Shown here piece by piece: positions 54,830 to 64,000 of a stretch of DNA of 64,000 bases. Under the pieces are notes generated by a model. The model saw only the letters and a program-made list of their open reading frames with translations. It was not told the DNA's origin and did no database searches. The translations under genes were made by a program, and so were the position numbers. The DNA is from an uncultured Gemmatimonadota bacterium (lineage in GTDB: Bacteria > GCA-2686955 > CAYMWF01). The DNA lies in contig CAYMWF010000003.1 of assembly GCA_964394085.1 (NCBI GenBank), positions 16,637-80,636 on the forward strand, in the 5' to 3' direction. Position 1 is the stretch's first letter; each line of letters begins with the position of its first letter.

Positions 54830-55555
54830 TTAACCGGACGGATTATCCAGTTTTTTTTCCAGTATGAGCATGCGACCGCATGCCTCGCAAAATATGTAAG
54901 GTTCCCCGGACTTCAACTCTACAATCCGCTGGGGTGGAATCACAGAAAAACAACCTTCACACGAATTCCTGAGAATAGGGACAATAACCAAGTCTTCTTT
55001 TGCCCCGGCAATACGATCATATGTTCGGAGCAATTCGGAAGGAACGGTCTTTCGAAGATTCTCCACTCTCTCCCGGATTTCACTCTGAGTTCGCGCCATC
55101 GCCTCTTTTTCTTCTTCGAACATGTTCAGCTGGTGCTTGTCTTTCTCCAGAAGTTCCTCGATTTCCTTTTCAAAAGTGATAAGATCGGCCTGCTCGGTTT
55201 CTTCCAATTCGAAAAGTTCGAGAAGAGTATTCTCAAGCACGTCAAGTTTCTCACCTTCCCGTTTTATCTGCTTGTTCAGGGCCGCATATTCCTCGTTGGT
55301 TCGCACGTAGACCTGCTGTTTGATCAGATCTTTTTTCTTCTCTTCAAGAGCTACGATATCTTTTTCAAGCTTACGTTTCTCCAATTGACGATCTTTAATT
55401 GATTGCTGCCGGGTAAGCAGTTCATCGTTTCTTGCGGTCATCAACCTCTTGATTTCCATCTCTTTAAGCGGGATCGCGGAAAGCTGTTCACTCCGCTGTT
55501 TCAAGTCCAGTGTCAGTTCCTGGACCTCTCTGAGTATTGGAATCATTTCATGCAT
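54830..55555 (-). CDS. Coiled-coil protein with a C-terminal C4 zinc ribbon (COG1579/DUF164-type)
   Basis: The ORF is 241 aa. It has a long heptad-rich E/K/L region followed by CEGCFSVIPPQ....CEACGRML. Confidence 0.7.
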   Translation of the reverse strand: MHEMIPILREVQELTLDLKQRSEQLSAIPLKEMEIKRLMTARNDELLTRQQSIKDRQLEKRKLEKDIVALEEKKKDLIKQQVYVRTNEEYAALNKQIKREGEKLDVLENTLLELFELEETEQADLITFEKEIEELLEKDKHQLNMFEEEKEAMARTQSEIRERVENLRKTVPSELLRTYDRIAGAKEDLVIVPILRNSCEGCFSVIPPQRIVELKSGEPYIFCEACGRMLILEKKLDNPSG

Positions 55556-55582
55556 TGAATGGCTATAACTCCTGGAAATAGT

Positions 55583-55607
55583 AAAAAAGCATCTCGCGAT
55601 GCTTTTT
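55583..55607 (-). terminator. Rho-independent terminator downstream of tRNA-CAU (end of the dnaG-rpoD-tRNA unit)
   Basis: The sequence is aaaaaaGCATCtcgcGATGCttttt. On the minus strand the hairpin is followed by a T6 run. It lies 58 nt past the tRNA 3' end. Confidence 0.6.
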
Positions 55608-55664
55608 GAATTACGTGAGTGTAATATTCAACAGTCGATTTCGACTTGCTGGTTCCTTTCCGGT

Positions 55665-55740
55665 TGGTGGGCCCACCTGGATTCGAACCAGGGACCGACC
55701 GGTTATGAGCCGGCGACTCTGACCGCTGAGCTATGGGCCC
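55665..55740 (-). tRNA. tRNA with anticodon CAU. It is an elongator Met or a lysidine-type Ile2, not an initiator. CCA is encoded.
   Basis: I folded the 76-nt cloverleaf by hand. The acceptor stem is GGGCCCA/UGGGCCC, the D-stem is GCUC/GAGU, the anticodon stem-loop is GCCGG-CUCAUAA-CCGGU, the T-arm is CCUGG-UUCGAAU-CCAGG, and the discriminator A is followed by CCA. G1-C72 is paired and there is no GGG/CCC run in the anticodon stem, so it is not tRNA-fMet. Confidence 0.9.
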
Positions 55741-55791
55741 ATGTGACCGAACTAATTACATAGCACCGGCCCCCCGAGTGGGTCAAGCTGT

Positions 55792-57522
55792 TTATATCTC
55801 TATATATCCCTCCAGCTTCCTCTTTCTTGAGGGATGCCTGAGTTTTTTCAGAGCTTTAGCCTCAATCTGCCTGACGCGTTCTCTGGTTACATTAAATATC
55901 GACCCGACTTCTTCCAGTGTGCGAGGGCATCCATCACCCAGACCGAATCTCAACCGAATCACCTTTTCTTCCCTGCTGGTCAGGGTTTCCAGAACCTTCC
56001 CCATCTGGTCCTGTAATAAAACGAACGATGAGTTCTGCGCCGGTGAAACTGCTTTTGTGTCCTCGATGAAATCGCCGATAAAGGAATCCTCATCCTCTCC
56101 GATTGGTCTGTCAAGGGAGATGGGATCCTGGGCGACTTTCATAACACTCTTTACTTTATCCACTGGCAGGCCCAGTTTGGCCGCTACTTCCTCGGCTGTC
56201 GGCTCGCGTCCGAGTTCCTGCAATAGAACCCTGCTGGCTTTGATAACTTTGTTGATAGCTTCGATCATATGGACCGGAACGCGTATCGTTCTGGCCTGAT
56301 CCGCGATTGCGCGAGTTATCGCCTGGCGAATCCACCAAGTGGCGTAGGTGCTGAACTTGTAACCTTTTTTGTAATCGAATTTATCAACGGCTCTCATCAG
56401 GCCGCTGTTCCCTTCCTGAATCAGGTCCAGGAATTCAAGACCGCGGTTCGTATAACGTTTGGCGATACTGATAACCAGGCGGACATTCGCCTCTATCATC
56501 TCTTTTTTCGCCCGTCTTTTTTTCTCTTTTTCCTCTTCTATTCCTTTAATAACCGCCGCAAGATCTTTTTTCGATATCAGAATCTTCTTTTCGATTCGGC
56601 GGATCTTACGCCTGTTGTTTCTGATGTAAGCAAGAGCTTTGCCCAGATCTTCGGCTCGATAACGCCTTCCGTTCAGCACTACGGGAATATCGGGTTCTGC
56701 AACCGCTTTCCTGTACACTTTGAGGAAATCTTTATAGTTCAGGTTCAAATCGGTGAGGATTATCTTTTCTTCCTCGTCGCACTGCCTGATCTTGTGGTTA
56801 AGAAGTTCAATCTTGTCGGTGAAAATTTCGATCTGAATCGCCGAAAATGGAACTTCCATCAATTCGCGGACGATGCTCTTGCGGCAATTATCGCTTTTGC
56901 GTCTGAGTGCTCGACGCTTCTCGGCATTTTCTTCTTTTTTCACCTCCGTAAGGTGCTTCTTCATATTGTCGAGCTGACCGCTTACGCCGACCATCTTTTC
57001 TGCAAACTTGTCAATTTCTTTTTTGTATTCATCTCCCGGCGTCCAATCCGCCACTTCCATATGAAACACATCATCCCACCGAACACTTTTGCGCTTCAAT
57101 CTACCGGCATAGAGGATCGCTTCCTCGATCACCGGGATCATCCTGAAGAGAATTTCACAGATTCCACGTTGGTGGCGTTCGATTTTCTTGGCGATGCGAA
57201 CTTCACCCTCTCTATCCAACAACGGAACCTTGCCCATCTCTCGCAGGTACATCCGAACAGGATCATCGAATTTGATGAGCTTTGTCGACGAACCGACGAC
57301 ACGCTTTATCTCTTGTTCGTTCAGTTTGTCGGGCTCGGCCGGCAGAAGCTCCACTACCTGGAATCCCCTCTTCCCCAGTAAGGTCATAAAATCATCAATT
57401 TCATCAGGAGTGACCGAATCGTTTCCGATCGTCTCATTGATTTGATTATAAGTGACAATCTTGTTGTCACCCGCGACCTTCTTCAGGATTTCAATTTTTT
57501 TAAGGAATTTGGACCGATTCAT
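55792..57522 (-). CDS. rpoD: RNA polymerase primary sigma factor (sigma-70)
   Basis: The ORF is 576 aa. It has region 2 ([36 protein letters not shown]), region 3, and region 4 ([12 protein letters not shown]......[17 protein letters not shown]). Confidence 0.95.
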   Translation of the reverse strand: MNRSKFLKKIEILKKVAGDNKIVTYNQINETIGNDSVTPDEIDDFMTLLGKRGFQVVELLPAEPDKLNEQEIKRVVGSSTKLIKFDDPVRMYLREMGKVPLLDREGEVRIAKKIERHQRGICEILFRMIPVIEEAILYAGRLKRKSVRWDDVFHMEVADWTPGDEYKKEIDKFAEKMVGVSGQLDNMKKHLTEVKKEENAEKRRALRRKSDNCRKSIVRELMEVPFSAIQIEIFTDKIELLNHKIRQCDEEEKIILTDLNLNYKDFLKVYRKAVAEPDIPVVLNGRRYRAEDLGKALAYIRNNRRKIRRIEKKILISKKDLAAVIKGIEEEKEKKRRAKKEMIEANVRLVISIAKRYTNRGLEFLDLIQEGNSGLMRAVDKFDYKKGYKFSTYATWWIRQAITRAIADQARTIRVPVHMIEAINKVIKASRVLLQELGREPTAEEVAAKLGLPVDKVKSVMKVAQDPISLDRPIGEDEDSFIGDFIEDTKAVSPAQNSSFVLLQDQMGKVLETLTSREEKVIRLRFGLGDGCPRTLEEVGSIFNVTRERVRQIEAKALKKLRHPSRKRKLEGYIEI

Positions 57523-57548
57523 CTTTCCTCCGGATTCAGAATGCGTGA

Positions 57549-59297
57549 TTATTCCCCCAAACCGTGTTTAGCTCTAGCAATCCTTCCGAGTTCCTTGAGC
57601 TTTTCCCTAGGGATCTCTTCACCCGTGCTTCTGATCTCCTCCGAAAGCACCTCCTCTCTTTTATCAAGCTGTATTTTTTTCACCCGTGAAACTAAATCCC
57701 GGATGTAATTATCATCAAAAATCCTGCCGGCAACTCGTTCGGCGATTCCCGCCAGCTTTTCTCCTGTACGCGGCTCCAGATCTTCGATTATCCCCGGAAA
57801 GGTCAACCGAGTATCACCCTCCGCGGCGTTACGCAGCTTGGTAAAAAGAGCTCTGAAAATGCGACTTCCGAATATCACTCCTTCAAGTGAATCAATCAGC
57901 AAACGTGCGGACCGACCACCAGACAACAGAATTTCAAGAACAGCAGTCTCTATCGGACTGAATTCGACCTCCGGCATCCTCCTGTATTCTCCCCCAACAT
58001 CATTTGAGCGGATTCTCGGACTTCTCTTGTTAATGATTGCCTGCAAGAGCACACTTTCATCAAGGCCGACATAAGCGGCAAGCCGTTTTCTGTATAATCC
58101 TTTGGCCACAGGATCGAATACATTGTCTATGTTTTCTATAACCGGTTGAAGCAATCTTGATTGCTCTACCGGAGATGCCTGGACAAGACGTTCTTTCAGG
58201 TTTCCAAATTGGTAGTCAAGAAAATCAACAGCGCCACCAATGACTTTATCGAAACCTTCCCGCCCTTCCTTCTTAATAAGAGAATCAGGATCTTCTCCCT
58301 CGGGTAATGATGCCAGCCGGACTTCCAGGTTCTTTCGGAGAAGTATCGGGATACTTCTCGCCATTGCTTGTTGTCCTGCTGCATCGGCATCGAAAAGCAG
58401 TACTACTCCTTTTGCAAATCTTGCCAATAGACCAGCCTGTTCAGCAGTGAAGGCCGTCCCGCCGGATGCAATTACATTTTGCACACCAGCCTGGTACAGG
58501 GAGAGGTAGTCTGTATATCCTTCAACTACGAACGCAAATTGAGTGTTTCTGATTGCTTCTTTCGAACGGTACAGGCCGAATAGAATCCGGCTTTTCTTGT
58601 AAATCGCTGTTTCCGATGTATTCAGGTATTTTGCCTGGTCATCTGCCAGTGTCCGTCCGCCGAATCCCGCAATAGTGCCCCCGACAGTCAAGATCGGAAA
58701 CATCAATCTTGATCTAAACCTATCATAATAATAACCAGAACCTTTTTTGTCAATAATCAAACCTGCAGATAATGCATCTTTTAATGAAACTTTTTCATTT
58801 TCCAGGTTCCTGACCATAAAATCCCAGCTGTCCGGCGCATATCCCAGTAAAAATGTTTCTACCGTACTTTTTGTATAACCTCGTGAAACAATATAGTTTC
58901 TGGCTTGTTCCGCTTCAGGTGACTCGACGAAAAACTCGTGATACTTCCTTGCAGCCATTGCGTTGATTGCGTAGAGTCTGTTGTTTCCTTCATCCTCGCG
59001 TCCCTCCGGTATGGTAATGCCCGCTTTTCCAGCGAGCAACCTGACTGCTTCGGGAAAAGTGAGATTTTCCATTTCCATGATGAAATTGAAAACCGAACCC
59101 GACTTCTTGCAACCGAAACAATGATAGAACTGGCGTCCTGTATTTATCGAGAATGACGGCGTTTTCTCATCGTGGAAAGGACACAGGGCTACGAACCGCG
59201 AACCAGCGCGCTTCACTGTCAGATACTCAGAAATAACATCTACAATGTCGTTGCGTTGACGTATTTCTTCTACGATATTTTCCGGAATTCTTCCCAT
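57549..59297 (-). CDS. dnaG: DNA primase
   Basis: It has the zinc-finger motif [13 protein letters not shown]...[11 protein letters not shown] and TOPRIM motifs ([20 protein letters not shown]). The ATG is at 59297, and the track uses the TTG at 59300. Confidence 0.9.
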   Translation of the reverse strand: MGRIPENIVEEIRQRNDIVDVISEYLTVKRAGSRFVALCPFHDEKTPSFSINTGRQFYHCFGCKKSGSVFNFIMEMENLTFPEAVRLLAGKAGITIPEGREDEGNNRLYAINAMAARKYHEFFVESPEAEQARNYIVSRGYTKSTVETFLLGYAPDSWDFMVRNLENEKVSLKDALSAGLIIDKKGSGYYYDRFRSRLMFPILTVGGTIAGFGGRTLADDQAKYLNTSETAIYKKSRILFGLYRSKEAIRNTQFAFVVEGYTDYLSLYQAGVQNVIASGGTAFTAEQAGLLARFAKGVVLLFDADAAGQQAMARSIPILLRKNLEVRLASLPEGEDPDSLIKKEGREGFDKVIGGAVDFLDYQFGNLKERLVQASPVEQSRLLQPVIENIDNVFDPVAKGLYRKRLAAYVGLDESVLLQAIINKRSPRIRSNDVGGEYRRMPEVEFSPIETAVLEILLSGGRSARLLIDSLEGVIFGSRIFRALFTKLRNAAEGDTRLTFPGIIEDLEPRTGEKLAGIAERVAGRIFDDNYIRDLVSRVKKIQLDKREEVLSEEIRSTGEEIPREKLKELGRIARAKHGLGE

Positions 59298-59399
59298 CAA
59301 TATAACAAAAACCTGTCGGACGATCGCCCGCCAGATCCCATTCAGCTTAAAGTGTAACCCTATTTACTCGAAATCAAGGTTTTTTTTGGGCGCCACAAT

Positions 59400-59427
59400 A
59401 TTATACAACCAAAATTTTAATTGTGCA
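59400..59427 (-). promoter_or_regulatory. Candidate sigma-70-type promoter for dnaG-rpoD
   Basis: On the minus strand, TGCACA (59427-59422), then 16 nt, then TATAAT (59405-59400), about 100 nt upstream of dnaG. Confidence 0.4.
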
Positions 59428-59448
59428 TTTTTTTTTGTAAATTCTGAA

Positions 59449-61893
59449 TTAAATCGAGATAATAGATACACCATCCCCTCCCGCAGCGAAATCGGCAGGT
59501 TTTACTCCACGAACCCTCTTATCGCTCTTGAGCCGCTCAGTGAGTCCTGCCCGGAGTCGCCCGGTACCCTTACCGTGAATAATAACGAGTTCGTCATATC
59601 CATCCACAATAGCCGAATCGATTGCACGTTCGACCTCCATCCAAGCTTCTTCAACCGTCTTCCCTCTGACATCCAGACGCGCCGGGTAACTGGTCATTTC
59701 CGTTTTTACAGCACCGGCTCCGCCTGCGCGAGACCGCTCAACCGTTTTGGGGGTGGAGCCGCCCGCAACCTTACCGGATTTCCCCATTTCGGCTCCGGAA
59801 GCCGAACCCTTTTGGGAGATCCTGTCAACGGGAAGATCGAGCACGACTCCCTTCCTCTCTACTTTCACCCTGTTCCTGTCGGTATCCACCTCGATCACCT
59901 GCGCGGTCATATCATAGTCCGGCAGTCGTACCGTATCTCCCACATCCGGGAACGTTGTTATCCGGTTGAACCGACTTTCCGCCCTTTCCCCGATTCCGGC
60001 GGGCAATTCCCCGTATTTCGCAATTTTCTTTCTCGCTCGGAGAATCTGGCTCTTCGTAAGTGTTTTCCCGGCTTCCCTGACCTCCTTGACCGTACGCTCA
60101 AGGTCTTTCCTCATTTCATTTACGAGTTGTTCAACTCCACTGGAATAGAGACGTTCAACCCGCTCCTCTCTGGTACTGATCTCGCGTTCACGCTTTTCAA
60201 CCAGACCGGAACGGGCGCGCAGATCTTCATGCAATTTCTTCTGTTTTTCTTCTTCCTCTCTCAATCCCGCCAAGCGCTCATCAACCTGCTCCAGCAATTC
60301 ATCAACTCCGGTATCCGCACTGGACTCCCGCTGGACGGCCCGGTTTATTAAAGATTCAGGCAAACCCGAACGACGAGCGATCTGAAGACCGAAACTCCTC
60401 CCGGGCATTCCTACATGAAGCCTGTACTTCGGCTCAAGCAACTCAGTATCGAACTCCATTGCGCCATTCTCGATATCCTTATCCGCCCCCGCGAAAAACT
60501 TCAACTCCCCCAGGTGGGTTGTTGCTAATACGATGGCGTCTTTCTCAACAAGCCCCCTTACGATCTCGATACCGAGAACGGATCCCTCGCGAGGATCTGT
60601 TCCGGCTCCCAGCTCATCCAGCAGGACCAGGGAATTTCTTTTCGCACGGCGGAGAATTCTGGCAATGTTCAGCATTGAAGCCGAGAAGGTGCTGAGGTCA
60701 TTCTCAACGGATTGGCCGTCACCGATATCAACGAATACACCGTGAAAGCATCCCAGCCTGGAATCCGGATCCGCCAGGACCGGGATTCCACTCTGGTTCA
60801 GAAGCACCATCAATCCCACGGTCTTCAGGGCCACGGTTTTTCCGCCGGCGTTCGGGCCGGTGACCAGAAGTGCTCTGAAAACCTCACCAAGATTCAGGAA
60901 GAGAGGAACAACTTCGGAACCGGAACTCTGACGTCGCTGCTCGGCCAGAAGCGGGTGACGGGCATTTGCAAGCAGCAGGAGATCTTCATTAACCGTCTCG
61001 GGTACTGCGCAACCATGATGTTCCGCAAAGACCGCCCTGGCGAATATCGAATCGATCTGTGCGATTGAAGAAATGGAGGTCTTTATATCGTGGGATCGTT
61101 CCCGGATCTTGACGGCGATTTCTTTCAACAGGCGAATAATTTCACGTCGCTCCTCATCTTCGAGCCGCCGAAGTTCGTTATTAAGAGGAACAGTTTCCAT
61201 CGGTTCGATATACACCGTCCCACCAGATGCCGAATGATCAAGTACTATACCCTTTACGCGCCCCTGCGAATCGGCGCGAACAGGGAGCACGAACCTGCCG
61301 CCCCTGATGGTGGGATTCGAATCCCGGAGGAAAGGTTTGACCTTTTCCGCTGCAAGGAGTCCTGAGATCATTCGGTCGAGCCTCGATTCAAGACTCCTCC
61401 GGTCGGTACGAAGACGCCGGAGTTTTGCCGATGCCCGATCCCGTATTTCACTTTCATTTTCGATGATTTTATCGATAGCGCCGATGAGGCTGTCGAAGTG
61501 GGAAATGCTTTCGACCAGTTTGGCAAGAAGCGGCCCAACACCGGGTCGGAGATGCGAATGCACATCGCGAATGAGGTTAAGGTTGCACAAAACCAGGAAC
61601 AACTCGGCAGGCTCCAGGTAAGCGCCTTCGGGAGCCAGCATGTCGAGCTGGCTGTCCATTTCAACAAGGCCGCCGACCGGAGGATATCCTTTTTCCCTGA
61701 GAACCTGTCTTGCTTCTTCGACCAGATCATGGCTTTCATTTATCAAGTGAACCTCAATATGCGGTCGAAGAGAGCGCACTGCTGCACGCCCAGGTTCGGA
61801 ACCTGCGCGGGCGGCGACGATATCGAGGACCTGGTAAAAGCCCAGATCGATCAGATCCCGCTCTTCAAATGAACTGGAAGGTTCTTTCTCCAT
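59449..61893 (-). CDS. mutS2: Endonuclease MutS2 (MutS domain plus C-terminal Smr)
   Basis: The ORF is 814 aa. It has the Walker A motif LVTGPNAGGKTV, DELGAGTDP, and a C-terminal Smr domain (LDVRGKTVEEA......IIHGKGTGRLR). Confidence 0.9.
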   Translation of the reverse strand: MEKEPSSSFEERDLIDLGFYQVLDIVAARAGSEPGRAAVRSLRPHIEVHLINESHDLVEEARQVLREKGYPPVGGLVEMDSQLDMLAPEGAYLEPAELFLVLCNLNLIRDVHSHLRPGVGPLLAKLVESISHFDSLIGAIDKIIENESEIRDRASAKLRRLRTDRRSLESRLDRMISGLLAAEKVKPFLRDSNPTIRGGRFVLPVRADSQGRVKGIVLDHSASGGTVYIEPMETVPLNNELRRLEDEERREIIRLLKEIAVKIRERSHDIKTSISSIAQIDSIFARAVFAEHHGCAVPETVNEDLLLLANARHPLLAEQRRQSSGSEVVPLFLNLGEVFRALLVTGPNAGGKTVALKTVGLMVLLNQSGIPVLADPDSRLGCFHGVFVDIGDGQSVENDLSTFSASMLNIARILRRAKRNSLVLLDELGAGTDPREGSVLGIEIVRGLVEKDAIVLATTHLGELKFFAGADKDIENGAMEFDTELLEPKYRLHVGMPGRSFGLQIARRSGLPESLINRAVQRESSADTGVDELLEQVDERLAGLREEEEKQKKLHEDLRARSGLVEKREREISTREERVERLYSSGVEQLVNEMRKDLERTVKEVREAGKTLTKSQILRARKKIAKYGELPAGIGERAESRFNRITTFPDVGDTVRLPDYDMTAQVIEVDTDRNRVKVERKGVVLDLPVDRISQKGSASGAEMGKSGKVAGGSTPKTVERSRAGGAGAVKTEMTSYPARLDVRGKTVEEAWMEVERAIDSAIVDGYDELVIIHGKGTGRLRAGLTERLKSDKRVRGVKPADFAAGGDGVSIISI

Positions 61894-61896
61894 GAT

Positions 61897-61928
61897 AAAA
61901 AGCGGGCTGACCTCGAAGATCAGCCCGC
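61897..61928 (-). terminator. Rho-independent terminator after rpsU, abutting the mutS2 start codon
   Basis: A 9-bp stem, GCGGGCTGA (61902-10) paired with TCAGCCCGC (61920-28), has a 9-nt loop. On the minus strand it is followed by TTTTTAT and then immediately by the mutS2 ATG (61893). Confidence 0.6.
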
Positions 61929-61958
61929 GCCCATTTGCCTATATTCTAATCTAATCGG

Positions 61959-62168
61959 TCAGACGAACCCTTTTTCTTTTTCGAGACGCAAACGTTTCAG
62001 CATCTTCTTTCTTGCTGCATTGACTTTTCTTTTGCGGCGTTCACTCGGTTTTTCAAAGTACTGACGCTTCCTGTATTCAAACAGAATGCCCTCTTTCTGG
62101 CATACTTTCGTGAAACGTTTCAGCGCTTTTTCAAATGGCTCGTTGTCTTTTACTCTTACCAGCGGCAT
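61959..62168 (-). CDS. rpsU: 30S ribosomal protein S21
   Basis: The product MPLVRVKDNEPFEKALKRFTKVCQKEGILFEYRKRQYFEKPSERRKRK is collinear with E. coli S21. The start could instead be the upstream ATG at 62177. Confidence 0.9.
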   Translation of the reverse strand: MPLVRVKDNEPFEKALKRFTKVCQKEGILFEYRKRQYFEKPSERRKRKVNAARKKMLKRLRLEKEKGFV

Positions 62169-62246
62169 ATGAGACATCAACTCCCTTCAAATAAAAACAA
62201 AACGATTCATTCTGCTTATGATAGCAATGAACCGATGAAACAGGGC

Positions 62247-62275
62247 AGTATATCATCAATATCAGCTGAATGCAA
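62247..62275 (-). promoter_or_regulatory. Candidate sigma-70-type promoter for rpsU
   Basis: On the minus strand, TTGCAT (62275-62270), then 17 nt, then TATACT (62252-62247), about 75 nt upstream of rpsU. Confidence 0.45.
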
Positions 62276-62335
62276 CTGAAAACAGAATGAAAAAGACCCC
62301 GGACACACTGGTAAAGCGGAAAACGGCTGGAAATT

Positions 62336-63058
62336 CTAGAAGGATGGCAACATGGCGATAGTACAGACGGCCAGCGCCGCTGTTTCAGCCCTGAGTCGAG
62401 TACTGCCCAGTGAAACCGGCCGGAAATTCATCGATTCGAGAGTTTCTGCTTCAGAGTCGGAAAAGCCGCCCTCAGGACCGATAACCCCGATAAATGAACC
62501 TTCCGATGAGAAAATTACCGGGTCCAAACCGACTTCCGCTTTCTCCCATGCAAAAAAATTTTCGTCATGACGATCGGTTTCCCCTGCCAGTTGCTCGATA
62601 CTGACCGGTCTCTCAAGCACGGGGAGAAATAATCTCCCGCATTGTTTCATCGCTGAGATGGTGATCCGGCGCCATCTTTCTATTTTTCCGCTGGAATCTA
62701 TATCACTGTAATGAACGGTTCTTGATGTAACCAGAGGCAGGAACCGTCTTACAGCCAACTCAGTGCCGAAACGAATGATTCGGTCATTGGCCGGACCTTT
62801 CAACAGACTGAAAGCGAGAGTGAATCCTCCAACCGGCGGGGTAACCCCTTGCGAGCTGATTACGTCATATTCAAGAGATATTTTCGAAACTTTCGTTAAT
62901 ACCGCAGAAGCCGAGTCTCCTTCACCGTCAACCAGTTCGATCGCATCCCCGGTTTTTAACCGTAGAACATTGAGTGCGTGGTGGATCTCGACGGGATCGC
63001 GAATCGGCTCTTCTCTCAGCAGAGCCTGGCGACGTTGAAAGAATATTCTCGAGTGCAT
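62336..63058 (-). CDS. rsmE: 16S rRNA (uracil1498-N3)-methyltransferase
   Basis: The ORF is 240 aa. It has HALNVLRLK.GD (PUA-like N-terminus) and IGPEGGFSDSE..........LG..RLRAETAA (SPOUT knot). Confidence 0.8.
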   Translation of the reverse strand: MHSRIFFQRRQALLREEPIRDPVEIHHALNVLRLKTGDAIELVDGEGDSASAVLTKVSKISLEYDVISSQGVTPPVGGFTLAFSLLKGPANDRIIRFGTELAVRRFLPLVTSRTVHYSDIDSSGKIERWRRITISAMKQCGRLFLPVLERPVSIEQLAGETDRHDENFFAWEKAEVGLDPVIFSSEGSFIGVIGPEGGFSDSEAETLESMNFRPVSLGSTRLRAETAALAVCTIAMLPSF

Positions 63059-63116
63059 GATTCTACCTGGATACTGAGCGGAACAGTTCCAACATCGCTG
63101 TAAAGCTGTCGGATTC

Positions 63117-64000
63117 TCAATGACCGAAAGCTTCCTTCATCCTTCTGAATATACCGCCTGAATGGACGGGAGGAGCGATATTATCCAGACCGGCGAGCTG
63201 GTTGATCAGTTTCCGTTCAGCATTAGTCAACTTCTCCGGAGTATAAACATGAACCCTCACGAGTTGATCGCCCTTTACCGAACCCCTTACATGGGATATG
63301 CCTTTACCCTTGAGTCTCAATATCTTTCCGGATTGAAGACTCTGCGGTATCTTTATTTTGCTTTTTCCTTTGAGTGTCGGCACTTCCACGGAATCACCCA
63401 GCGCGGCCTGGGGAAAACTGATCGTGAGATCCATCAATATATCCAGGTCATTGCGCACGAAGATATCATGTTCTATTTCTTCGATGATAACGATTAAATC
63501 TCCGCGGCTCCCACCCCTGCGGCCTACATCGCCTTGATCACGCAAAGTAATGTAATTTCCGGTTGATACACCTGAAGGTATATTGACCGAAATGGTCTTT
63601 TCACCGCGGATGCGGCCATCGCCCCGACAGGTTTCACAAGGTTCGGTAATTATCCTGCCTTCACCGTGGCAAGTCGGGCAAACTGTCACATTCACAATCT
63701 GACCGAAAATAGAGTTGGAGACACGCCTGACTTCTCCGGCTCCACCGCATGTTTGACAGGATTTGACCGAACCACTCTTTCTGGCGCCGGTGCCGTTGCA
63801 GACATCACACTTATCCATCCGTTTCACACGGATCGTTTTTTTAACGCCGTCTGCGATTTCCTCCAGCGTCAGCTTCAGTCTTACCTGTAAATCGGTACCT
63901 CGCTCCGAGCCCCTTGGGCCCCTGCGTCTCCCGCCGCCGCCACCGAAAAAATCGGAAAAATCCGATCCTCCGCCGAAGTCTCTCATAAATGCCCGCAATG
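63117..64000 (-). CDS. dnaJ: Molecular chaperone DnaJ. The N-terminal J-domain lies beyond the window edge.
   Basis: A G/F-rich region (FGGGSDFSDFFGGGGG) is followed by four CxxCxGxG zinc-finger repeats (CDVCNGTG, CQTCGGAG, CPTCHGEG, CETCRGDG). The reading frame is open to position 64000. Confidence 0.9.
   Translation of the reverse strand, partial: LRAFMRDFGGGSDFSDFFGGGGGRRRGPRGSERGTDLQVRLKLTLEEIADGVKKTIRVKRMDKCDVCNGTGARKSGSVKSCQTCGGAGEVRRVSNSIFGQIVNVTVCPTCHGEGRIITEPCETCRGDGRIRGEKTISVNIPSGVSTGNYITLRDQGDVGRRGGSRGDLIVIIEEIEHDIFVRNDLDILMDLTISFPQAALGDSVEVPTLKGKSKIKIPQSLQSGKILRLKGKGISHVRGSVKGDQLVRVHVYTPEKLTNAERKLINQLAGLDNIAPPVHSGGIFRRMKEAFGH

Noticed and set aside
1-64000. I looked for CRISPR arrays, IS elements or transposases, integrases, phage genes, toxin-antitoxin pairs and restriction-modification genes across the whole window.
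   Set aside because: No regularly spaced short direct repeats were seen. The only periodic DNA is the in-frame 165-bp coding repeat at 1-1010. No DDE, serine or tyrosine recombinase motifs appear in any listed ORF. The tRNA at 55665-55740 is flanked by housekeeping genes, with no integrase or direct repeat of its 3' end that I could see.

Overview
The window is a 64-kb bacterial chromosomal segment. All family calls come from motif recognition by eye, with no database search. I found no rRNA, CRISPR array, transposase, integrase or prophage signature. The lineage is uncertain. A T9SS-type C-terminal sorting domain on one protease, many secreted beta-helix/Ig-module proteins and anaerobe-style enzymes suggest an uncultivated FCB-superphylum-like bacterium, but this is inference only.

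Layout:
- (i) 1-17.3 kb is an accessory island of secreted surface proteins. It holds a metallophosphoesterase with 55-aa tandem repeats, three GGGI-repeat beta-helix proteins (two are a tandem duplication) and a DNRLRE-like protein. Modifying enzymes are interleaved: an SGNH hydrolase, a radical SAM enzyme, a SAM methyltransferase and a TPST-like sulfotransferase.
- (ii) 17.5-27.1 kb is visibly GC-richer. It carries two complete xanthine-dehydrogenase-family molybdoenzyme gene sets plus XdhC, a MoaD/ThiS-like GG protein and MocA.
- (iii) 27.1-33.3 kb is a tightly spaced minus-strand run: OYE-type flavin/FeS reductase, then TPR-CHAT protease, then two divergent YjbQ paralogs.
- (iv) 33.8-41.8 kb is a secreted-protease island: a Cys-rich protein, a C25 gingipain-like peptidase, an S8 subtilase with a T9SS-like tail and a 7-repeat propeller-like protein.
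- (v) 42-64 kb is a housekeeping core: pepD, GT2, frr-pyrH-tsf-rpsB, rpsI-rplM, mtnA, maf, dtd, pgeF, relA/spoT, RNase P RNA, tRNA-CAU, rpoD-dnaG, mutS2, rpsU, rsmE, dnaJ.

Best leads:
- A candidate tyrosine-sulfation module: the TPST-like enzyme is flanked by secreted proteins with DYGDP / YDYPD motifs.
- The dual Xdh-family locus, with a permuted FAD-[2Fe-2S] fusion and an embedded GG sulfur-carrier-like protein.
- A MocA gene whose conserved nucleotide-binding motif lies upstream of the first canonical start codon, so an ATT start is likely.
- The OYE/CHAT/YjbQ/YjbQ cluster.

The first gene (1-2556, minus strand) is absent from the supplied ORF track because it runs off the window edge.
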